From NCBI GenBank assembly GCA_964388455.1, contig CAYMAN010000002.1, positions 37,535 through 101,534 on the forward strand: a DNA stretch of 64,000 bases, written 5' to 3'. The notes under the pieces were generated by a model. It searched no databases and was not told where the DNA came from. It saw nothing but the letters and a program-made list of their open reading frames with translations. Positions 17,205-25,873 of this stretch are shown piece after piece (the first letter of the stretch is position 1; each line of letters starts with the position of its first letter). This stretch comes from an uncultured Eubacteriales bacterium. Its GTDB lineage: Bacteria; Actinomycetota; Coriobacteriia; Anaerosomatales; JAAXUF01. The position numbers and the translations under genes are program-made.

Positions 17205-18005
17205 ATGCCGCGTCACTTCGCTACCTACGCCGCTGCCGTGGACGCACTGGACGCCGCCGTCGAGCTTCGCCGAGAACCGGTCGGCATCAAGATCATCCGC
17301 TCGCAGGCCGAGTTCGACGCCTTCGACGCGCCAGAGCCCCGCGCACCCGCCTACTACTGCGCGCTGGTGAAGCTCGCCGCGCGCGGCTACCGCTACAAGC
17401 TCGCGCCTCATCACTTCAAGTGCGGTGCCGCCGCGCACCTGCTGGGCGTCGATCCCGTCGCCGATGAGATCGGCCGTGCCGACGAGTACGTCGCCTGCGG
17501 CCTCTACGCGCACGGGGATGCGGCCTTGGGTGCGCTCTCCGGCGTGCCGACGCTCGAGCCCGGCGTCGTCGGCGTTGTGGTGGCGCCGCTCGCGAGCTTC
17601 TCGGCTGACGAGGCGCCGGACGTGGCGATCATCATGGCGACCACGTACACCGCGATGCGGCTGGCGCAGGGCTACGGCTTCCACCGTGCGAGCGGCGCGG
17701 TGTCGCGGCTGCTGGGCATGCACGGCATCTGCGGCGAGAGCACCGCGGCACCGATCCTCTCCGGCGAGATGGGCGTGTCGCTGCTGTGCTCGGGCACGCG
17801 GTTCATGGCCAAGTGGGCCGACGACGAGCTGGCAGTCAGCCTCCCCGCCGAGCAGTTCGCCGAGTTCGTCGACGGCGTGCTCGAGACGCTGGCGCCGTGC
17901 GAGACCGACGCGAACAAGCGGGCGCACACCGCGCGTGCCGGCGATCGACTTGCGGCGTGCGACGTGAAAGTCGGGCTCGGCGAGGGCTACTACTACGACG
18001 TGTAG
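17205..18005 (+). CDS. DUF169-family protein
   Basis: Resembles DUF169 (..PVGIKIIRSQAEFD..YYCALVKLAARG..FKCGAAAHLLG..). Recognised from memory of the family only. Confidence 0.65.
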   Translation: MPRHFATYAAAVDALDAAVELRREPVGIKIIRSQAEFDAFDAPEPRAPAYYCALVKLAARGYRYKLAPHHFKCGAAAHLLGVDPVADEIGRADEYVACGLYAHGDAALGALSGVPTLEPGVVGVVVAPLASFSADEAPDVAIIMATTYTAMRLAQGYGFHRASGAVSRLLGMHGICGESTAAPILSGEMGVSLLCSGTRFMAKWADDELAVSLPAEQFAEFVDGVLETLAPCETDANKRAHTARAGDRLAACDVKVGLGEGYYYDV

Positions 18006-18162
18006 CGGGTCGCGAGTCGGTTCCGAGTGCGCCACGACGCGACATCGCATCCGCGAGTCTCGGCGCGTGTCACACCCCTCGGCTAGAATCGGAGTGCACC
18101 CGCCACCCCTCGGCTGGTGCACCTGAAGAGCACCCTGTTCGCACCAGGCCGAGGAGCCATCG

Positions 18163-19422
18163 ATGACATCACCCGTGCGGTTCGTTCACGCCGCCGACCT
18201 GCATCTCGACGCGCCGTTCCAGGGCATCGCCGCCGCTGACGCGCGTATCGGTGGCCAGCTGGCCGACGCGACTTACGAGGCGTTCCGCCGGATCGTCGAC
18301 GTGTGCATCGAGCGGGAGGCAGCCTTCCTCGTCATCGCCGGCGACGCCTACAACTCCGCCGACAAGAGTCTGCGCGCCCAGCTGCGCTTTCGCGCGGAGA
18401 TGGAGCGTCTCGCCGAGGCGGGCATCGACGTCTTCATCGCCAACGGAAACCACGATCCGCAGAGTGGGTGGTCGGCGGGGCTCGTGATGCCCGACAACGT
18501 CCACATCTTCTCAGCTCGCGAGGTCGATCGGTTCGAGGTGGTCCGCGCTGGTGAGACCATCGCAGCGGTGTACGGCCGCAGCTTCGCGCGCTCGGCGGAG
18601 ACCGACAACCTTGCGCTCGGCTACAGGCGCGCTGCGAGCGACCCGGTGGCGGTGGGCGTGCTGCACGCCAACGTCGGCGGCAATACGGACTACGACCCGT
18701 ACGCGCCCGCGTCGCTCGACGACCTGCGCACCGGCGGCATGGACTACTGGGCGCTCGGGCACATCCACAAGCAGGAGGTTCTGGCTGAGAACCCCTGGAT
18801 CGTCTATGCAGGCAGCCCACAGGGGCTCAACCCCAAGGAGACGGGCCCGCACGGATGCCTCGTGGTTGAGCTGGAGCCGGGCGGCGCCGCGACTCTCGAG
18901 CACGTGGAAACCGGGCCCGTGAGTTGGGCGCGCATCGACGTCGACGTGAGCGAAGCGGCAGGAATCGACGACGTACGAGCGCTGCTGGTGGCTGCGCTCG
19001 ATGAGCAACGACAGCTCGCGGGCAGGCATTGCGTCGCTCGCGTGGCTCTGGTCGGGCGCAGCATTGCGCATGCGGACTTGGCGCGTCCCGGAAATGCCAC
19101 GCAGCTGTTCGAAGATGTGCGGGGCGAGGCGGCACTCGCCGAGCCATGGCTGTGGCTCGACCGGCTGGACGACAAGACCGCGCCGCCCATCGATCTCGAC
19201 GCGCTCCGAGGTGGGCCTGACTTCGCCGCGGAGCTCGTACGCATCTCAGACGAACTCGCGGCCGACCCCGCAGCGCTCGAGGAGCTCGTCGGCGAGATCT
19301 CCACGCAGGTCGCAAGCACCCTCTCAGGCTATGAGCCGTCTGCTGCGCCTCCGGAACTGCTGGAGCGCGCCCGTGATGCCGCTCTCGATCTACTGCTGGC
19401 ACAGGGTGGTGATGTCCGATGA
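18163..19422 (+). CDS. SbcD/Mre11-family metallophosphoesterase (YhaO-like DNA repair exonuclease)
   Basis: GAGGAG RBS. Motifs VHAADLHLD, GDAYN, GNHD, GHIH. Confidence 0.8.
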   Translation: MTSPVRFVHAADLHLDAPFQGIAAADARIGGQLADATYEAFRRIVDVCIEREAAFLVIAGDAYNSADKSLRAQLRFRAEMERLAEAGIDVFIANGNHDPQSGWSAGLVMPDNVHIFSAREVDRFEVVRAGETIAAVYGRSFARSAETDNLALGYRRAASDPVAVGVLHANVGGNTDYDPYAPASLDDLRTGGMDYWALGHIHKQEVLAENPWIVYAGSPQGLNPKETGPHGCLVVELEPGGAATLEHVETGPVSWARIDVDVSEAAGIDDVRALLVAALDEQRQLAGRHCVARVALVGRSIAHADLARPGNATQLFEDVRGEAALAEPWLWLDRLDDKTAPPIDLDALRGGPDFAAELVRISDELAADPAALEELVGEISTQVASTLSGYEPSAAPPELLERARDAALDLLLAQGGDVR

Positions 19423-21950
19423 AGCTCTCGGCGATCGAGGCAACGCGCTACGGCGCATTTGAAGGAGCCTGTCTCAGCGGACTGGGCGACGGGCTTACCG
19501 TGGTCCTCGGTCCAAACGAGGCCGGCAAGTCGACCATGACGGCACTCACCCGCCATGTGCTCTACGGCTATCCCGACGCACGCACCAAGGAGTACGGATA
19601 CGTCTCCCCAGCGGGCCCCAGGGTCGCGCGGCTGATCTTCGCCGAGGACGGCGGGGAGTGGGTCATCGAGCGCGTCGACGGAAAGAATCGAGGACCGGTC
19701 ACCGTCGTAGCTCGCCACGGCGCCGAGAGGCCCGGCCTGCGCGAAAACCTCGTATCCGGCGTGACCGAGCAGTCGTATCGGGTCGTGTTCGGATTCGGGC
19801 TCGAGGAGCTCGCAGCCATCGAGCACGGAGACGCCACCGACATCGCCGCGCGTCTACACGCTGCGGGCACCGGGCTCAGCGTGAACCCGATGGACGTTCG
19901 CACTCAGATCGAGGCCCGGGCGGCAGCGATCTGGTCGCCGCGAGCCCAGAAGCCGGTCGTCAATTCGCTCGCAGCCGACATGCGAGCGTGCAAGGAACGC
20001 CTCCGCGCGCTCGAGACCGCCGCCGCCAATTACGCCACTGACCAGTCGCGGCTTGCCGAGCTCGCAGCCGAACTCAAGCCGCTCAAGGAGCGCATGGTGG
20101 AGCTGGAGACGCTCGGCCGCGTACTCGATCGCGATGCAACACGCCTCGCGGACTCCGTTGCCGCGCAGCAGGAACTGCGGGTGGCCATGGCCGACCTCTC
20201 GGCTGGGATCGCCGATCTTGAGCGTGCACGAGAGATGATTGATGTTGACGAGCGGGTCGTCGCCGTTGCGCCGCAGCTGGACAGTGTGCTCGAGGAGACG
20301 TTGGTATTCCGTGAGCGTCTCACAGCTTTGGACGCACAGGAAGCGGCAGCCGCCGAGGCTAGGCGTCGCGCGGAGGCTGACGGCGCCCTGCCAGCCGGAG
20401 CCGTGGACAGCGTAGCCAGCCGCGCTGAAGTCGAGCGCCGCCGAGACGAGCTCACGATGCTGCGTTCGGAGGCGACGGCTGCGACGCGTGCTGCCGAGGC
20501 AGCCGCCGCACGAGTGGTCGCAGTCGAGAAGCACGCAGCGGAGTTTGCGGCCGCGGGTACCGTCGGTACCGAGCGATCCGGCAAGCCCAGGATCCTGGCG
20601 GTGGTTGCAATAGTGGCCGGCGCGGTGTTTGCCGCGGCAGGCGCCATGTCGCAGCAGTACCTGGCGGCCGCCTTGGGCGGACTGCTGATCCTCGCGGGAG
20701 TCATCGCGCTCACCATGGTGCTCGCGCGTAAGTCCGACACCACCACTTCGCGTTCGCCGCTCTCTGAAGACGTCGCACGTGCACGCGCCGAGAGTGACGC
20801 TTCCGCCAGACTCGCGGCCGAGGCCAACGACAGGCTGGGCGCTGCGCAGTCGGCATGGGCCGCCTGGCTTGCCGCGCAGCAGTTGGTCGCCTACGGTGAC
20901 GATCCGGTCGCGGTCCGCCAGCTGCTCGACGACCTCGCCGAGCGCCAGCGCCTCTACGCGGAAGCGGATCGGTACACGAGCGAAGCAGCACGTATTCGTG
21001 AAGCCGCAGATGAATGGGTCGTCAGACTCGTTGAGTTGACCTCGCAGTTTGACGCGACCGCAGGCCAGATCCCGACGCTCTCGGCGGGTGTTGAACTTGC
21101 AACACGCGCACGCATTGCGCTTGAACGAGCCCGCGCTGCAGAGACCGACCGCACCGAGCTCGCGACCAAGCTGGACGCTACCCGCACCGAACTTCGCAAG
21201 CTGACAGAGCGTCTCGATACCGCCTCCTCGGTGGCGGCAGAAATCGTTGCGCGTCACTCGCTCGACGCGGGCGACCCGCTGCCCGCGCTGCAGTCCCTCG
21301 CCGCGGCTCAGGCCGACGAGCGCGCCGGCTTGCGCGAGCAGCTCGAGCGCCTGAGCACCGAACACGACGGACTGCAGGCGGTACTCGGCACTGAAGGCCG
21401 CGATCGTCAGATGGCACTCGATCGCCAGGCGCTCGAGGGTTTGCGCGCGCAGGCGGAGCAGGCGGCCGAGCGATACGTGGTCGACTCGCTTGCGGTCCGC
21501 CTCCTCAACCGTGCGCGCGAGCGTTTCGAGAGCGAGCGCCAGCCGGATGTTGTCCGCACGGCCGGCAGGGTCTTCTCGGCGATGACGGCTGGGCGCTACA
21601 CGGACGTTCGCGTGCCGCTCGATGGCAGCGGCGTCACCGTCCTCTCGGCATCGGGACGGCTCAAGACGAGCGACCAGCTCTCGCGCGGAACCGCCGAGCA
21701 GCTGTATCTCGCGCTGCGAGTCGGTCTCATCGGTTCGCTGGGGACGACTGGCGAGGCGTTGCCGGTGCTCATGGACGACGTCGTGGTCAACTTCGATCCC
21801 GAGCGCCGAGAAGGTGCCGTGTTGGCCATCGGCGAACTCGCTGCGATGCGACAGGTGCTGTTCTTCACCTGCCATCCCGAGACGGCAGCCGCGTTGACCG
21901 CTGGTGTCGCGGGTTCGAAGCTCCTGCAGATGGATCGCTGCGAGCTCTAA
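19419..21950 (+). CDS. SbcC/Rad50-like AAA ATPase (YhaN-like) with long coiled coils and a central TM hairpin
   Basis: ATGA overlap with the nuclease gene. Walker A GPNEAGKST, C-terminal signature LSRGTAEQLYLALR, Walker B LPVLMDD. Ala/Glu/Arg-rich coiled-coil middle region. Confidence 0.8.
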   Translation: MKLSAIEATRYGAFEGACLSGLGDGLTVVLGPNEAGKSTMTALTRHVLYGYPDARTKEYGYVSPAGPRVARLIFAEDGGEWVIERVDGKNRGPVTVVARHGAERPGLRENLVSGVTEQSYRVVFGFGLEELAAIEHGDATDIAARLHAAGTGLSVNPMDVRTQIEARAAAIWSPRAQKPVVNSLAADMRACKERLRALETAAANYATDQSRLAELAAELKPLKERMVELETLGRVLDRDATRLADSVAAQQELRVAMADLSAGIADLERAREMIDVDERVVAVAPQLDSVLEETLVFRERLTALDAQEAAAAEARRRAEADGALPAGAVDSVASRAEVERRRDELTMLRSEATAATRAAEAAAARVVAVEKHAAEFAAAGTVGTERSGKPRILAVVAIVAGAVFAAAGAMSQQYLAAALGGLLILAGVIALTMVLARKSDTTTSRSPLSEDVARARAESDASARLAAEANDRLGAAQSAWAAWLAAQQLVAYGDDPVAVRQLLDDLAERQRLYAEADRYTSEAARIREAADEWVVRLVELTSQFDATAGQIPTLSAGVELATRARIALERARAAETDRTELATKLDATRTELRKLTERLDTASSVAAEIVARHSLDAGDPLPALQSLAAAQADERAGLREQLERLSTEHDGLQAVLGTEGRDRQMALDRQALEGLRAQAEQAAERYVVDSLAVRLLNRARERFESERQPDVVRTAGRVFSAMTAGRYTDVRVPLDGSGVTVLSASGRLKTSDQLSRGTAEQLYLALRVGLIGSLGTTGEALPVLMDDVVVNFDPERREGAVLAIGELAAMRQVLFFTCHPETAAALTAGVAGSKLLQMDRCEL

Positions 21951-24526
21951 GCGTTGCGGTTCGAGCTGCCCCGGAGTGCGGCGTCGCTTCTGGCTGCGCG
22001 ATGAATGCGCAGCGAGTTGCCGATGACCGCGAGTGACGAGCCAGCCATAGCCAGAGCCGCGACGATCGGGGAGAGCCGGCCGGTGGCCGCGAGCGGTATC
22101 GCGACGACGTTGTAGGTGAACGCCCAGGCAAGGTTCTGCCCGATGATGCGATGGCTTGCCTTCGCGATGTCGAGCAGCGCTGCCAGCGACGTGAGCGGTG
22201 AGTCCTCGCGGGTGAGTACGACGTCGGCGGCCAGTACCGCAACGTCGGATCCGCCTCCAACGGCGACGGCGAGGTCGGACGCGGCGAGCGCGGCAGCGTC
22301 GTTGATGCCGTCGCCCACAAACGCGACCGTGCCCTCCTCGGTCAGCTCCCGGACCACACGCTCCTTCTCGTGGGGGAGCACATCGGCAAGCACACGAGTC
22401 ACACCAAGCCGCTTCGCGACCGCCTCGCAGGTCGCGCGCGCATCGCCCGAGACCATCGCGGTCGCCACGCCTCTAGCAGTCAGCGCCGCAACGGCGGATG
22501 CCGCTTCAGTCCTCGGACGGTCGCTCAGTCGCACCCCGCCGAGGACCTCGCCGTCGGCGGCGACCCACACGACCAGTTCGCCATCGCGCCGCATGAGCCC
22601 CGCGGTCGCCGCGAGAGTCGGGTCGAGCGCGACGCCCTTCTCGGCGAGCAGGCGTTCGCTGCCAACGAGCACGCGCACTCCGCTCGCTTTGCCGGAAAGC
22701 CCACGGCCAGGATGGCGTTCAACCTCGGACGCATCGTCATCCGCCGCACCTGCAGCCACGCGCGTCGCCACCGCAACGGCGCCCACGCCCACGCCCGCCG
22801 CAGCGATCGCGGCCGCCACCGGGTGCGCGTCTCCCAGCTCGATGGCTGCCGCCAACGTCAGCAGTCGCGTGGTCTCCTCGGCGGTCAGCGTGGGCGGCAG
22901 AAAGCCGACGACCGAGGGCGTGCCGACTGTCAGGGTGCCGGTCTTGTCGAACGCCACCACCGCGATTCCGCCGGCGGTCTCGAGTGCCGGGCCGCCTCGG
23001 AACAGCAGACCGTGCTTCGATCCGGCTGAGATCGCGGCAGAGAGTGCCACCGGCGTCGCCAGTCCCAGCGCGCAGGGGCACGACACCACCAGCACCGCCA
23101 CCGCACGCTCGACCGCACCCGCGAGTCCGACGCCGGTCGTCAGTCCTATGAGCAACGTCGCGGCGGCAATAGCGATCACCACCGGCGTGAACACCGCAGC
23201 CACGGCATCGGTGATGCGCTGCGTGTGCGATTTCGCGAATGCCGCGTCCTCCGCAAGCGCCGCCAGCCGCCCGGCGAGAGTTTCGGCGCCCGCGCGCGTG
23301 ACCCGCACCCTCAGCACCGCCGAGAGGTTCACTGTGCCGGCCCACACCTCGTCGCCAACGCCCACGTCAGCCGGTAGCGGTTCGCCGGTCAGTCGCGATC
23401 GATCGATCTCGCCGGTCCCGGCCAGCACGATCCCGTCGGCGGGCACTCTCTCGCCCGGACGGACCAGCACCACTGCATCGGGAGGCAGGTCGACGATCGC
23501 GGCTCTTGTCGCAGCCAGCTCGGGATTCTCAACGCTCGCACCGTCGGCCACCCCCGGCGCCTCAACCAGCCACGCGCTCTCCTCTGCAGCGGAAGCGAGC
23601 GCTGCGAGTGAGGCGGTGGCGTCGCGCGTCGAGAGCGCCTCGATCCACCGGCCTGCGAGCACAATCGTCACCACTCCGGCGGCCGACTCGAAGTACGTCG
23701 GTCCGCTCGCGGTCCAGACCGCCCACGCGCTGTAGAACCACGCCGAGAACGTCCCCAGCACCACCAGCGTGTCCATCGTCGCGCGCCGAACATTCGCTGC
23801 TCGCCACGCGCCGACGATGAACGGCCAGCCGCAGTAGACGAGCACCACCAGCGACAGCGCGCCGGTGAAGGTGTCGTACGCGGCGACGCTCGCGTACTCG
23901 CCGCGCGCGAAGGCGGGCCACGAGACGAACCACGTGGGCCACATGACCCACATTCCCACCGCCAGCGAGACAAACAGCCGCAGGAAGAGATCGTCTACGT
24001 CTGCGCGACGTGCGGCGGCCTCGCGCGCAGGAACCGCATGGTAGCCGAGCAGCTTGATGCGGTCCGTGATGGTGTCTAGGGCGAGGAGCGTCGGATCCCA
24101 CGTCACTCGCAACAGGGATGCTGCGTAGCTGGTCTCGGCGTCGAGCACGCCGGGTAGCGCCATGAGCGCGTCTTCGAGCACCAGCCCGCACGACGTGCAC
24201 CACATGCCCTCGATTCGCAGGGTTTCGCGCCGGGCGCCGGCCGCAGCGGCCGCAGCAGCCTTACGAGCCCCGGCCGCCGAGCCACGCGAGCGACGGGTCC
24301 GCCCCGACACCAGCAGCTCGGAGATTCCGGCCTCCTTGGCGGTCACGTAGACGCGTCGGCATCCCTCGCAGCAGAAGTCGTGATCGTGATCGTGGATGGG
24401 CCGGCCGAGAACCGGCAGTCCGCAGAGATCGCACTCTGAGGAGGCGTGTGAGTCGCCTCGCGAGGGTTTGCTGCGCGCAGACCCGCCGCGCGAGGACCCA
24501 CCGGAGGCGTCGGTCACACCGCTCAC
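21947..24526 (-). CDS. ccoI: Cu(+)-translocating P1B-type ATPase of the CcoI/FixI type
   Basis: The GTG at 24526 overlaps the upstream stop (GTGA). N-terminal CDLCGLP..CCEGC metal-binding segment, HMA motif GMWCTSC, CPC in SCPCALGLATP, DKTGT, GDGINDA. Confidence 0.85.
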   Translation of the reverse strand: MSGVTDASGGSSRGGSARSKPSRGDSHASSECDLCGLPVLGRPIHDHDHDFCCEGCRRVYVTAKEAGISELLVSGRTRRSRGSAAGARKAAAAAAAGARRETLRIEGMWCTSCGLVLEDALMALPGVLDAETSYAASLLRVTWDPTLLALDTITDRIKLLGYHAVPAREAAARRADVDDLFLRLFVSLAVGMWVMWPTWFVSWPAFARGEYASVAAYDTFTGALSLVVLVYCGWPFIVGAWRAANVRRATMDTLVVLGTFSAWFYSAWAVWTASGPTYFESAAGVVTIVLAGRWIEALSTRDATASLAALASAAEESAWLVEAPGVADGASVENPELAATRAAIVDLPPDAVVLVRPGERVPADGIVLAGTGEIDRSRLTGEPLPADVGVGDEVWAGTVNLSAVLRVRVTRAGAETLAGRLAALAEDAAFAKSHTQRITDAVAAVFTPVVIAIAAATLLIGLTTGVGLAGAVERAVAVLVVSCPCALGLATPVALSAAISAGSKHGLLFRGGPALETAGGIAVVAFDKTGTLTVGTPSVVGFLPPTLTAEETTRLLTLAAAIELGDAHPVAAAIAAAGVGVGAVAVATRVAAGAADDDASEVERHPGRGLSGKASGVRVLVGSERLLAEKGVALDPTLAATAGLMRRDGELVVWVAADGEVLGGVRLSDRPRTEAASAVAALTARGVATAMVSGDARATCEAVAKRLGVTRVLADVLPHEKERVVRELTEEGTVAFVGDGINDAAALAASDLAVAVGGGSDVAVLAADVVLTREDSPLTSLAALLDIAKASHRIIGQNLAWAFTYNVVAIPLAATGRLSPIVAALAMAGSSLAVIGNSLRIHRAARSDAALRGSSNRNA

Positions 24527-25317
24527 AGCGCGCCGGCCAGTGCGAAACCCTGCAGCAGCGTGATCGCGCCCAGGACCATGACCGCGCCCGCCGCCACAGG
24601 CGCGACCCATCCACGGGCGCGGGCGCTCAACAGCTCCGATGCCGCGCCGAAGCCCGCCAGTGCCGGCACCGTACCAAGCCCGAACGCGAGCATCGTCATC
24701 GCACCGAACAGTGGCGTACCGGTCGCGAGCGCTGCGATCTCAACGGGGAGTAGCGGGGCACAGGGCACAAGGCCCATGAGCGCGCCCAGCGGCAGCCCCC
24801 ACCAGCCGTCGGAGCGAGCGAGTCGCGCCACGGCCCATCGGAACCACGGCATCGATGTCAAAGCCGCGGTCGGCTCCGGTAACGTCGCCTTACGACCGCG
24901 CATCCATGCGACTAACAACACGACGCCCATGGCCACCATCGTCGCGCCAGCCGCTAGCTTCAGAAACTGCGTGATCCCGACCGGCGAGAACGGTCCGGCC
25001 ACCTTCGAGAGTGCCCCCGCCTCACCCAACAACCCAAGGAGCGCCCCGAGGAGCGCGTATGTGCCGAGCCTGCCCAGGTGGTAGGCGAGCTGGAAGACGC
25101 CACTGCGCCGCGCCCCAACCCGCGCCCCAGCCGGTGCGCCTGCCCTCGCTCCGGCCCCGCCACCCGCGCCGCAGACGACCTCGGAGTCGGTGACGCTGGC
25201 TGCCGCGACAAACGGGCCGCACATCGCCAGGCAGTGGCCAAAGCCACCGGTGAGCCCCAACAGGAAGGCCCCCCACAGCGAGAGCGTCGACAGGTTCGAT
25301 GACATCGCTGCGTGCAT
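24523..25317 (-). CDS. DsbD_2/TauE-like polytopic membrane protein commonly linked to cbb3 maturation genes
   Basis: GGFGHCLAMCGP motif and about 6 TM helices. A Gly/Ala-rich insertion follows TM1. The start could instead be M5 (25305). Confidence 0.6.
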   Translation of the reverse strand: MHAAMSSNLSTLSLWGAFLLGLTGGFGHCLAMCGPFVAAASVTDSEVVCGAGGGAGARAGAPAGARVGARRSGVFQLAYHLGRLGTYALLGALLGLLGEAGALSKVAGPFSPVGITQFLKLAAGATMVAMGVVLLVAWMRGRKATLPEPTAALTSMPWFRWAVARLARSDGWWGLPLGALMGLVPCAPLLPVEIAALATGTPLFGAMTMLAFGLGTVPALAGFGAASELLSARARGWVAPVAAGAVMVLGAITLLQGFALAGAL

Positions 25318-25346
25318 GCGCGAGGGCCTTCCGGGTCAGGCGTACG

Positions 25347-25700
25347 CTAGCTGAAGTTGAAACCCGCTTGTGCGAAGAGCACCACATAGACGACGGTCCA
25401 GATGAGCACCGAGACGATCGTGAGCTTGATGATCAGCGGCATCGGATTGTGAGCCTCGGAGATCCCTTCAGGGAACTCGTGGATCATCGGAAGTCCGCCG
25501 TTGGCCAGCTCAGTCTTCTTGAGATTCTTGTGACTGTGCGGCAAGACGGGCTCTGTCGAGATCTCGGCGACCGCAACGGGTTCGGCGACTTCCGTCCGTC
25601 CCACCCATCCGCCGCGAATCACCGCCCAGATGGCGACGAGGATTCCTGCTCCCACGGCGAGGCCCCACACCACGGCCGATATCTGCTGGTCGACGGGCAT
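25347..25700 (-). CDS. Two-TM protein resembling the N-terminal membrane-anchor domain of CcoP (FixP_N-like), without heme motifs
   Basis: HEFPEGISEAHNPMPLIIKLTIVSVLIWTVVYVVLF compares with the CcoP N-terminal consensus H.FDGI.EYDNPLP.WW...F (recalled from memory). No CxxCH. Confidence 0.6.
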   Translation of the reverse strand: MPVDQQISAVVWGLAVGAGILVAIWAVIRGGWVGRTEVAEPVAVAEISTEPVLPHSHKNLKKTELANGGLPMIHEFPEGISEAHNPMPLIIKLTIVSVLIWTVVYVVLFAQAGFNFS

Positions 25701-25873
25701 CAGCGTTCACCTTCCATTCGAACGGGCATGGGGTCATCGCCATCAAGCACCACGAGTGACGCAGAGTTCAGGTTGCGAAACTGTCCCGTGGCCATCGCCA
25801 GTGCAAGCGCCACTCCGGCGCCGACCATGAACGTCACAACCGTGGCGCCGATGAGGTATACCGCGAGATCCAT
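25700..25873 (-). CDS. ccoS: CcoS/FixS-like cbb3 oxidase maturation protein (57 aa, absent from the supplied ORF track)
   Basis: Hand translation gives MDLAVYLIGATVVTFMVGAGVALALAMATGQFRNLNSASLVVLDGDDPMPVRMEGER: one TM helix plus the GQF..L......L.DDD pattern of CcoS. Its start overlaps the upstream stop (TAATG) and its stop overlaps the next start (TGATG). Confidence 0.7.
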   Translation of the reverse strand: MDLAVYLIGATVVTFMVGAGVALALAMATGQFRNLNSASLVVLDGDDPMPVRMEGER

